Positions 29,901 to 37,975 of a stretch of 64,000 nucleotides of DNA are shown piece by piece. The stretch's first letter is position 1; each line of letters opens with the position of its first letter. Under the pieces are notes generated by a model. It saw nothing but the letters and a program-made list of their open reading frames with translations, was not told where the DNA came from and made no database searches. A program made the position numbers and the translations under genes. The stretch is from Polyangiaceae bacterium (GTDB taxonomy: Bacteria; Myxococcota_A; Polyangia; Polyangiales; Polyangiaceae). The stretch lies in contig CBDCTZ010000012.1 of assembly GCA_965222375.1 (NCBI GenBank), forward strand, positions 352,001 through 416,000, given 5' to 3'.

Positions 29901-32547
29901 CCGGAGCGGCCTCCGCTGCCCGTTGGATCAATGCCGAAGCGACGTCGTCCGCATCCGCCCGTAGGGCCGCTTCGAGTAGCAGCAGCGCCTTCTGAAGATC
30001 GTCGCCTGCAGCATCCGCGACACCCACCAACACTTCGGTCGATTCCGCTGGGGGTAGGTGCTGAAGCAACGCCCGACCACTGGCCTCGCTGCTGGGATCT
30101 GCCGTGAGCGCTTCACGCAAACTGGACGTTGCTCTGTCCGCATCTCCGCTCAACTCATAGGCCAGAGCCGCGGCCAAGTACTGGTCCCTTTGCGCCTCGG
30201 CACCGTCCGGCGGAGTGGAGTCCGCCAGCGCCTTGGCCACGCGCTCGCCGCTCTGGTTTTGAATCAGGAGTTCTAAACGGAGTCGCTCTGCAGCGGGTGA
30301 CGCGTCGTCGAGGTTGGCGAAGCGCTCGACGGCAGCCGACAATAGCGAAGGATCTGCGCCTTCAACCCCTTGGGCGGACAAGGCTCTACCCAAGGCTATC
30401 GCCGCACGCACCTCCGGGGATCCCGTCAGTGGCTCCGCGGGTGCCTTCGCCGGTGCGGCGGTTGCGGTTGCGGCGGCTGACAGTACTGCCAACTCCGGGT
30501 CTTTCTGCAGTTCGGGTAGCCAAGGTGCGAGCGCTTCACGGCCACCTCCGGTGAGGGAAGCGAGGGCGACGCGATCCGCTGGAGTCACGACATCCGTCGT
30601 GGTTTCGGCGGACACCGCTGTGTTGACGGCTTCGGCGTCGCCCTGCTCCAGTGCCCGTGCCGCAAGAACTCGGCGAGCCGCCGCCCCATCGGGCGCCTTT
30701 TCGATGATACGGCGCAGGCTCTCGATGGCGCGCCCACGCGTCTCGGCGGCCGGAGCGTCCAGGCTCGCTGATAGCCACAGCGCTGCCAATTCGAGTTCCG
30801 CGATCGCCGTCAGACTGCGCGCAGCCTCGGCAGCGGCGGCCCGGTCCCCGGCCTGCGCAGCTCGGCGCAGGCTCTCGGCGCCCGAAAGGGGCGTGGCTTG
30901 CGTGGGCGCGGGGCCCCCACGTAGATGCGTCAAACTCGCGAGGGCATTGGCCAGAGGTTGCAGGCTGTCGTCCGGGGGTAGCTTGGCTTTCGGGGGGGAT
31001 GCGGATTGAGCGAGTTGGCCGGCCAGCTTTGCGACGATGCCTCTCGCGTCCTGCGGTGCGACGCGCACAAGCGCGTCGAGCTTTCGCTGGCTTGCAGCGG
31101 TGTCTCCGAGCTTCAGGCGGTGCACCTCGGTCGCCAAATAGGTGGCATGGGCGCGGTGTTCGACTTCCGGCGCGCTACGCGCCTCACTTTCGAGTAGCGC
31201 CGCGGCGCCCTTCCACTCGTCGTCTGCTTGCGCGAGCCAACGGGATTGACGTTGCACGACTGCGGAAGACGAAAGCACCGCGTGTGCTTCTGACGCCACC
31301 TCACGTCCGCGCTCGATATCGCCAGCCATCGCCCACAGCTCAGACGCGACGACCAAGCCCCGGGCCTTGCTCTGCGCGTCCGGGCGGGCGTGCGCTTCAT
31401 TCTCCATCCATTCCGCGCGGGCCTGCCAAACGTCGAGGTTGCCCTGGGCATTCAAATGGGCTGAAGCCGGTTGTTCCCCGTCGATGTCCGCACTGGACGC
31501 CGACTCTGGGGGCAGAGACTCCAGGATGGCAGCCGCTTCATCCTCGGAAAGAGCGCCTGCCACTGCCGCGCTAGCTTCGACCGCGGGAGCGGAATCCGCA
31601 GGCGGCTCAGGGGGCGCCGGCGACTCGCCCGTGGCCTCGGGCTCGGGTGGTGGGACAGTTGGGGATGCGAGGAGTGCGTCGATTTCACTGAGGTCGCCAA
31701 CGACTGTCGGCGCGTCGGAGATCTCCTCGTATTGATCGAGGGATAGCTCCGCCTCCTCATGAGGCACGCTCGGGATGGCTTCTCGTAGTTGCTCTACCGA
31801 CGTGCTGCGTGGCGGAGTGGGCTCGGACTCCAGCAGGGGCGCATCGGCGCGCAAGTCCAGATTCTCGAAATCCAGCTCGTCATCGAAGGCGCCAGCGAAC
31901 GGATCACCCTCGCCACCAGGATCCGCTGCTTGGGCGCTGGGCGCCGGGGGTGCGGCCGGTTGGGGTGGGCGTGGCGCTGGGGCTCCGCGAGGTGGCGGCG
32001 GCCGCGGCGGCTTGGGGCGGGGCGGTTTTCCCGCGGCAGGTGTCGGAGGTTTGGGTGCGGCGGCCGGGATGGGCGGCGCGTTGTCGAGCAAGGCGTCCAC
32101 TTCTCCGCTCGCCGTGCTCCGGCGTTTGGCCGGCGCAGGCTCAGGCGGCGGGGCATCAGTGGGTGGCGCGACTTGGTCTAGTAGATCGTCGACATCCGCG
32201 GATTGAGGCGGGCGCTCGAGGCCCAAGTCCTCCACCATGCCGACGTGAGTGTCTTCGTCTTCACTGAATAGCCGGCTGTCTGGTGAGATCAGGGGTGGCG
32301 CTGCGGGTGGAGCGGCTGCTTCGGGAGCGGCGGGGGCCTTCGGAGCGGGAGCTTTGGGCGCGACGGCTGGGGGGGGCTCCGCCTTGGGAGCCGCCGGTGG
32401 TGGGTCGTCGGATAGCAGCGAGTCCAATAGTGCGTCGGGCTCGAAGTCCAGCTCCCCCAGCTCCTCCCCGATGCTACGAGCACTGCCACTGCGCCCTGCT
32501 CCGCTGTGTTGCGGGCGCTTCTGCGGAGGTTTCTTCTCGTCACTCAT
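26932..32547 (-). CDS. Giant TPR/alpha-helical repeat protein (about 1870 aa) with a Pro/acidic N-terminus
   Basis: Start MSDEKK overlaps the upstream stop (ATGA); many TPR-like repeats; C-terminal AVFSVSEQYAAARKQVGL. Confidence 0.8.
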   Translation of the reverse strand: MSDEKKPPQKRPQHSGAGRSGSARSIGEELGELDFEPDALLDSLLSDDPPPAAPKAEPPPAVAPKAPAPKAPAAPEAAAPPAAPPLISPDSRLFSEDEDTHVGMVEDLGLERPPQSADVDDLLDQVAPPTDAPPPEPAPAKRRSTASGEVDALLDNAPPIPAAAPKPPTPAAGKPPRPKPPRPPPPRGAPAPRPPQPAAPPAPSAQAADPGGEGDPFAGAFDDELDFENLDLRADAPLLESEPTPPRSTSVEQLREAIPSVPHEEAELSLDQYEEISDAPTVVGDLSEIDALLASPTVPPPEPEATGESPAPPEPPADSAPAVEASAAVAGALSEDEAAAILESLPPESASSADIDGEQPASAHLNAQGNLDVWQARAEWMENEAHARPDAQSKARGLVVASELWAMAGDIERGREVASEAHAVLSSSAVVQRQSRWLAQADDEWKGAAALLESEARSAPEVEHRAHATYLATEVHRLKLGDTAASQRKLDALVRVAPQDARGIVAKLAGQLAQSASPPKAKLPPDDSLQPLANALASLTHLRGGPAPTQATPLSGAESLRRAAQAGDRAAAAEAARSLTAIAELELAALWLSASLDAPAAETRGRAIESLRRIIEKAPDGAAARRVLAARALEQGDAEAVNTAVSAETTTDVVTPADRVALASLTGGGREALAPWLPELQKDPELAVLSAAATATAAPAKAPAEPLTGSPEVRAAIALGRALSAQGVEGADPSLLSAAVERFANLDDASPAAERLRLELLIQNQSGERVAKALADSTPPDGAEAQRDQYLAAALAYELSGDADRATSSLREALTADPSSEASGRALLQHLPPAESTEVLVGVADAAGDDLQKALLLLEAALRADADDVASALIQRAAEAAPALPFAYRLGEERARTAGDVGKLVEWLRAGRAVSEDPIERSWDAIREALLTAEDDREGASALLGESTAAQPGDVALRELHERLIPTAGAERAKWREEAAELAEGVDQAALLLEAALEHERAGDLPAAAAAATKAQSHGGLARLTAERLAAFGASATDYAEQWLAAAKESEDPQEQRALYARLARLDRLRGEAASALLWDAAIIEGDPGHLPALHRLAHEYVSGARLEDLAPIADKLSGILEGPEGVAQAFIAHAAYERTDNADAAGDVIERVTKREQPPLWALRYLTANAIKAGDDAAILRATRMLADRANRAIDAATLFVRAAEASARSGDLEGARGLLERALELLPEHPTALAAEIVILEKLDDCTGAARALETLSSSSKVERHQLEGWHAAAVLWLDKADDADKGLAALEKAAEIDLTYSDVFERLRAQYVAREDRARLASLLERRLDQTEDPEERVALEVTRGRALAEVGDRDAAKQALAAALDENPDHVDALDAFADVCAQEGDWEGAEQSLIRLARSDVDPARQLESYRRLGALYDGELPNPQRAELAYKEILKREPNDVDAQQKLVFVYGRLGDPAKAVEMATELVTRARSPEEKRERTLNLARVYEEVLEDKRKAETTLDRARKTWPQDGSVLKALAEFYQRHGETTALNVLLDRAANDARRALSTGRFEPGLFSQLATVAELRGGGGAAQIANATLAAIEGREEEVLGAGAAAADPKLDDLLAPELLTLPLRALLKKSADALDAAYAVDPKTMRATPLPQESAAVQRELEQLAARFGISGLSVLASPTIGAQALPMTGMPPQLIVGTELLEHPNSALRDYLLVRALKIIQANACTLSRKSPIELWPTLAGYLSVFAPNWQPPNIDAKKLADTRDRIQRAIARRLDDDVPVLALEVIGSIGNRASQVATAIHQWGDRVALLAIGSPVTAFSAVALNAGHGPPPAEGPDRLKWILRNPEARDLAVFSVSEQYAAARKQVGLDG

Positions 32548-35500
32548 CGCACACCCATGCCGAGCATTTCTCGGATGGAGAGATATGTTGGAGAGAGCAC
32601 AAACGCCAAGATCCGCGCGGCGCGCGCATTGGCTTCCATGGACGCCCCCAGCTGGCCTCGGGACGCGGGGTTGTGGGCCAGGACCCAGGACACGTCGCCT
32701 GCGGCCACGCTCGCCAGCCGGTCCAGACTCGAAGTTGCCGCTCGAACCCAATCTTCGATGTCCTGCCCGGAGCCTTGAACGGCGCGTGCCAGGTCGGGCA
32801 GCGCCTTCTTGACTCGCCGCGGCATCTCTTTGGCCAGTACACGTTGGAATTCGCCGAGCATGGCGTAGTGGGGCGACGGAACTTGCACGTCCACGACCGC
32901 ACATGCGGCCACCACAAGCGCCGCCACATCCGTCGGATCCCGATGGCGCAATATCGTGGTCCCACGCTTCAGGGCGAATAGTTCTCGCGCGATCATGCCG
33001 CGGTGTGCCGGCGACAGGGGCGCGTTCACCTGGGCTCCGATGACGATCGCGGGCGTGACGTTCGCCACTCCGTAGACCCCCTCCGGGTCGTTGCCGCCAA
33101 GATACACCTCGAAATCGCCGAGCCCCAGAGCGCCCGCCCACGCCGCGATCTCGTTGCGGATCGGCAAGCCCGAGCGTGGGTCGACGCGCTGTTTCTTGCC
33201 GACTCCAAGAGCATCGAGACTCGGGCCCAGGGCGTCGGCGAAAGTAGTTGCCAAGGTGCGCATCAGCGCGGGCAAAGGCCCTTGGTCCTGGGGGTCGCAC
33301 AGATCCGGGATGGCCGCTTCGTCCACCGCCATGTGGGGGACGCGAGCCACGCGCTGGTCGAGCACGGCAAGTTCTCGATCGATCTCCGGCGTCCCCTGGC
33401 CCAGCGCCACCAGCGCGCCCAAAGCGGCCTGTCGAATTCGAGGTTGGTCCAAGCGGTGCGCGATTCGCGCCAGTCGGTCTACCCGCGCCGCGTCCAAAGG
33501 ATCTTGTAGTAGCCGGGGCACGATGGTGTCGCGCCCTCGCGTCAAGAGCTCTTGCTCCTTGGGCTTGGGTAGGATGCCGGTCATCGCGAGGTCGAGCGCT
33601 TCCCCGTCGTCAGGCGCCTCGCTCAGCAATGTCTCCATCGCGAGTTGGGCGTCCTCTGGCCGCTGGCGGCGGTCGCGGTGAATCGCCATGGCAAGGCGCG
33701 CCGCCTCGATCCGGGACTCTTTGGAATCGCGCTCCACCATGAGCTGTTGAAGCACCTGCGTAGCGTCGTCCCAGACTTCTTGCTTCGCTGCCAAGCGCGC
33801 CATGCGTTCCCGCACGGGAAGCGTAGAGAGGCCCATCTTGTAGAGCTGAGTCAGCACTTCGAGCGCACGCTCGGGCTGTTCCAATTTGTTTTCGTAGATG
33901 TCCACGGCGGCAACGCCGCTCATCAAGCGCTGTTTGGCCGGCGCTTCTTCCAGACTTGCGAGTCGCGCCAGCCGATCCGCAGCTTCGGCGAATTGCCCGG
34001 TCGTGATGTAGATCTCCCCTGAAAGCGCCAACGCGCCCACGTGATCGGGCTCGAGCATGGTCACGTTTTCGAGGGCAGCCAGCGCGCCAGCGCGGTCGCC
34101 CGCTCCACGCATCACTCGCGCACGCTCCCAGAACAGCTTGGCGATCTCTTCGGGGTCCTCAGCGACCTCCAGCCGCTTGGTGATGAGTTCCAGCAAGCGT
34201 TCGCCGTCTTTCTTCGCGCGAACGAGTCGGAACAACTTGTCGAAGGCGACGAACCGACTCACGTCTCGTTCGACGGCCCGAGACAGCGCGAACTCGCCCC
34301 GGGTCTTGTCCCCCAACTCATCAATCAAGATCAGGGCGGCGTACTCCCACAGTTCTGCACCCCGGGCGTCTTCGCTCACGGCGTCGCCCAAGCACGCGCA
34401 GGCTTCAGCCACGAGGGTCCGGTCACCGGTTGCCTCGCCTGCGGCGCGCAGCCCCTCCCAGCCCAATACCTCTTCAGGATAGGCCTCCACTACGGAGCGA
34501 AACAGCGTTGTCGCGGCTTCAGCTTGGCCAGCGGCTAGCAGATTATACCCGGCGAGGGTGCGCATCATCGCGCTGTTGTCATCGCCGAGCACGCCCTCCG
34601 CGCTGAGCAGGGCCCGCGCACGGCGGCGTGGGTCGCAGCCCGGCAGGGATAGCTCCAGGTTTGCGAGCTGGGTGATCGAGTCCGTGCCGTCAATCAACTG
34701 TGGACGCGTGTCTGTCGCCAGCTCGCGCACGATGGTGGTGCTCGCCTGTAGTTGAGACCTGGCGTCGCCGCCTACTGCCGCTGCCAACCGGGCGCGTGCG
34801 ACCACTTCCGCGTCAGTATCTTCAGTAGCCAGGGAGAAGGCCAAGCTCTCGAGGGCAGCGTCTGGATGCGGCGAGGCCTGAGTCCAGGCCGCCGCACTCT
34901 CTGCCAGACTCGCCGTGTCGAGTGTGGTGCTGTTACGCAGTCGTGCGGCGTGAGCCATGGCGCGCGCTAGCGTCGTGGCGCCCCCTCCGAGTTCGGCCAG
35001 TTCGCCAAGTGCATCAAGCATCGTGTCGGGGTGGGCGATGCACAACGCCCTAGCTAGGGTGTGCGCAGTGCCCACCGGCGAGGGGTCTTTGGGGCCGTCC
35101 AGGTGGGCGTCGACGGACGCGTCCGCATCCTTGGTCAGCTCGAGGGTGTAGCGCTCCAGCCGAGCGACCCCAGGATCTTGCTCCGAGGACGCGTCTAGCG
35201 CGCGGCGCCGAGCGTCGGGACTGTCGGGATCGGCCGCTCGCAGCGCCCAGGACAGCAGGGCTCGGCCCGATGCGCTCGCCTGCCCACTTGCCCGCTGAAA
35301 GGCCTCTACGGCTTGGCTGCGCTCGCCAGCGTGCCAGTAGTAGATGCCCGCCTCAAGAGCCAGCGCGGCGGCGGCGTCCGAGTCGTCTAGAGCGAGGGAC
35401 GCAGTGCTGAGGGTCTCGGCCGCTTGACTCAAATCTCCACTGCGCTTGGCCATGCCCGCTAGGGCGATCGCAGCCACGGCGTCGCCCGCATCGTCGTCGA

Positions 35501-37253
35501 ACAGCTTGCGGAGGCTAGCGAGGCTTGACTCGGCCTCTCCAGCATTCGCTGCGCGCAGCGCGGCGGCTAGCAGCAGCGCCCGTGTCTCGTCGGACTCGGT
35601 GCTGGCTTCGCTGAGTGCATTCAACGAGTCCGCGCCCGTCTTCGGGTCGTTGAGGGCCAGTACATAGCCGCCAAGTAGGTGGGCGAGGCGCGCACCACCT
35701 GGAGCCGTCGCCAGGCCTGTGAGGGTTTGCCGCGCGGAGTCCAACTCGCCGCGCGCCAATCGCGAGCGTACCAGCTCGAACCACAGGCCAGCCAGTTCCG
35801 ACTCGGCTGCCCCTGCAGCAAGCAAACGTCGCGTGGCTTCGTCGTACCAGGCGGCCTCCCCCATCAACGACGACAGGTAGCGTGAGACCCGAGCTACCGT
35901 CCCCGGCGATGCGCCCACCATTCCGGCCTGCGAGAGGGCCGCTTTCGCTCCAGCGGTGTCCCCGGCGCGCCGTGCCCAGGAATCTGCGGCGAGGAGAAAG
36001 CAGCGCGCCCGCGCTTCGTCGACGCTGAGTTGTTCGTGCGCTGCCTCGAGTGCTGACGCAAACGCCGAAGCGTCCGTTGCAGAACAGAGATCCAACTGCA
36101 GCACTCGTGCCGGGATGCAGTTGGGATTGTTTTCTAGTGCTTCGTTGACCGCGTTCAACGCTCCAGCGGCATCTCCCAGTTCGGCAGCCCGCTCGGCCAC
36201 CCGCATCCAGAGGGCGGCAGCCAACGCGCCCTTGGCGCCGCGGTCGAGGGCGGCTTTGGCGAAGCTCGCAGCGGTTTCCGTGTCGCCGCTGGCCTGAGCG
36301 AGATTGATTCGCGCCCGAGTCAGTACCGGATCCTCGGGCAGAAGTTTCTGGGCGGCGTCCAGGTCCTTGTTCGCCGCGTCGACTTCGCCACGCCTTCTAT
36401 GGGCTTCGGCTGCTCGGTACAAAGCGTCCGCGGAGTGCTCCGCACTCGTCATGTGACTCGGCACGCCGAAGGGATTGTCACCATCTGACTCTCGCGCCGA
36501 CGAGAGCACCGCGGCTTGCGCCTCCAAGGAGCGCGCTAGTACGTCATCCCGATCCAGTTCTCGGGCAATGTCCTCGAGGGTCTGAAGCACCAAGAAGGTG
36601 GATTCGGATTTGGTCTCTAGGGCGGCATCCAATTCGGCAAGGGCGCCATCGCCGTCGCCAGACTCGAGTTTGAGTTTGGCAGCGCTGATGCGCAGCAGCG
36701 ATTGCCAGTTTGGGTTTTCACAGGCGCCCGCACGCGCTACCAGCGCCCGTACGCGTAGCTCCGAATCCTCAGCCTCGACCGCGCATAGTTCCAATAGCAG
36801 CCAGAGGGTGGCGTCATCAGGGCGCTCGGCGGTCGCTTCTTCCAGGGCTGCGACGGCGCCGGCGAAGTCACGTTCTTCCTCATACAGGTAGCGCGCTCGC
36901 TCGAGCAGGGCTCGTGCTCGCTCTTCGCTACCGTCCGCCACCTCGACGAGTCTCTCTAGTAGCTTCTCGAGGTTTTTTTGCGACCCGCGCCCGCGAAGGA
37001 TCGCGATCAGGCGTTCCAGCGGTTCGGAAAACTCGGGCTCGGCGTTGATCGCTTCGAGATGGTCTCGCGCGGCGCTCGACTCGTCACCGCGGGCATCTTC
37101 CAACAGGGCGATCTCGTGCAGCAGCACCGCACGGGTTAGTTCGCCCTCACACCAGTCCAGCTCTTCTCGCAGTCGATCAAACGCCTGCGCCGTCACGTTT
37201 TCGTCTGGCGGGCTGTCTAGCCCCGCGCTTGGGGGTCGTGCGACTTCGGTCAT
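32544..37253 (-). CDS. Giant TPR/alpha-helical repeat protein (1569 aa)
   Basis: TPR-like repeats such as ALAALENVTMLEPDHVGALALSG; C-terminal LAFVLSPTYLSIREMLGM. Confidence 0.82.
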   Translation of the reverse strand: MTEVARPPSAGLDSPPDENVTAQAFDRLREELDWCEGELTRAVLLHEIALLEDARGDESSAARDHLEAINAEPEFSEPLERLIAILRGRGSQKNLEKLLERLVEVADGSEERARALLERARYLYEEERDFAGAVAALEEATAERPDDATLWLLLELCAVEAEDSELRVRALVARAGACENPNWQSLLRISAAKLKLESGDGDGALAELDAALETKSESTFLVLQTLEDIARELDRDDVLARSLEAQAAVLSSARESDGDNPFGVPSHMTSAEHSADALYRAAEAHRRRGEVDAANKDLDAAQKLLPEDPVLTRARINLAQASGDTETAASFAKAALDRGAKGALAAALWMRVAERAAELGDAAGALNAVNEALENNPNCIPARVLQLDLCSATDASAFASALEAAHEQLSVDEARARCFLLAADSWARRAGDTAGAKAALSQAGMVGASPGTVARVSRYLSSLMGEAAWYDEATRRLLAAGAAESELAGLWFELVRSRLARGELDSARQTLTGLATAPGGARLAHLLGGYVLALNDPKTGADSLNALSEASTESDETRALLLAAALRAANAGEAESSLASLRKLFDDDAGDAVAAIALAGMAKRSGDLSQAAETLSTASLALDDSDAAAALALEAGIYYWHAGERSQAVEAFQRASGQASASGRALLSWALRAADPDSPDARRRALDASSEQDPGVARLERYTLELTKDADASVDAHLDGPKDPSPVGTAHTLARALCIAHPDTMLDALGELAELGGGATTLARAMAHAARLRNSTTLDTASLAESAAAWTQASPHPDAALESLAFSLATEDTDAEVVARARLAAAVGGDARSQLQASTTIVRELATDTRPQLIDGTDSITQLANLELSLPGCDPRRRARALLSAEGVLGDDNSAMMRTLAGYNLLAAGQAEAATTLFRSVVEAYPEEVLGWEGLRAAGEATGDRTLVAEACACLGDAVSEDARGAELWEYAALILIDELGDKTRGEFALSRAVERDVSRFVAFDKLFRLVRAKKDGERLLELITKRLEVAEDPEEIAKLFWERARVMRGAGDRAGALAALENVTMLEPDHVGALALSGEIYITTGQFAEAADRLARLASLEEAPAKQRLMSGVAAVDIYENKLEQPERALEVLTQLYKMGLSTLPVRERMARLAAKQEVWDDATQVLQQLMVERDSKESRIEAARLAMAIHRDRRQRPEDAQLAMETLLSEAPDDGEALDLAMTGILPKPKEQELLTRGRDTIVPRLLQDPLDAARVDRLARIAHRLDQPRIRQAALGALVALGQGTPEIDRELAVLDQRVARVPHMAVDEAAIPDLCDPQDQGPLPALMRTLATTFADALGPSLDALGVGKKQRVDPRSGLPIRNEIAAWAGALGLGDFEVYLGGNDPEGVYGVANVTPAIVIGAQVNAPLSPAHRGMIARELFALKRGTTILRHRDPTDVAALVVAACAVVDVQVPSPHYAMLGEFQRVLAKEMPRRVKKALPDLARAVQGSGQDIEDWVRAATSSLDRLASVAAGDVSWVLAHNPASRGQLGASMEANARAARILAFVLSPTYLSIREMLGMGVR

Positions 37254-37331
37254 GCTGAGTGGGCTGGCGAAGCAGCCTCTACTTTAGGTCGACCCGCGGC
37301 TAAATCGCGAGCATTACCGACCGGATGCAGC

Positions 37332-37886
37332 CTAGTCGGTGCGTTTGACGATCCAGAATCCCCGAGGCGTATCGAGGGGCTCCGGGTGGACTTTGCCTTT
37401 TTCCAGGGTGAAAAGGACCTGCTCGATGGTGGGTTCAAGGACCCCTCGAGGGATTCGGCCCGCGCTGGTCACCGAGCCTTTGTCCCCTTTTTTCACCGCT
37501 TTCGCGAAGTCCTCTTGTGCCTCGGTCGCCAGTTTTTTCGCCAGTGCGCGCGCGCCTTCTTTCGAGCGTTTGCTCGCCTTCGCGGACTGGGCTCCAGTGT
37601 AGGTGACCAGGATCACCCCAAAACGCACTGCTTTTGGGGCGCCAGGGGGTAGTTTCGACGCGGTGGGTTCTTCGGGTGGGTCCAGCTCGGCCTCGGGCGG
37701 ATCGAGCTCCGGGGCTGGGAGTGGCTCGACGCTCCCTGCGGAGGCGACAGGGGCCTCGGCGGAACTCTCCGGAGCGGCGCTCTGCGTTGTTGGCGGTGCG
37801 GAGCGATTGGGGCGTGCCGCAACCGCCAAAAACACCATGCCAACCGCAAATACGAGCCCTAGAACGACGGATGACCAGCGCTGCAT
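37332..37886 (-). CDS. Membrane-anchored parvulin-type peptidyl-prolyl isomerase domain protein
   Basis: N-terminal TM segment; ILVTYTGA..SKRSKEGA..F..G..FTLEKG..LDTPRGFWIVKR. Confidence 0.8.
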   Translation of the reverse strand: MQRWSSVVLGLVFAVGMVFLAVAARPNRSAPPTTQSAAPESSAEAPVASAGSVEPLPAPELDPPEAELDPPEEPTASKLPPGAPKAVRFGVILVTYTGAQSAKASKRSKEGARALAKKLATEAQEDFAKAVKKGDKGSVTSAGRIPRGVLEPTIEQVLFTLEKGKVHPEPLDTPRGFWIVKRTD

Positions 37887-37975
37887 GCGACTTGGGCTGC
37901 GAGTAGCACGGATACGGACTGTCAGAAACCGCGACAAACCGTGGGCTTCCCTGCTATCCATGCAAAGCAGGGCCG

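Noticed and set aside
32548..33300. 2122-aa version of the TPR ORF
   Set aside because: The extension is an alternate frame inside the upstream gene; the ATGA-coupled start at 32547 fits better
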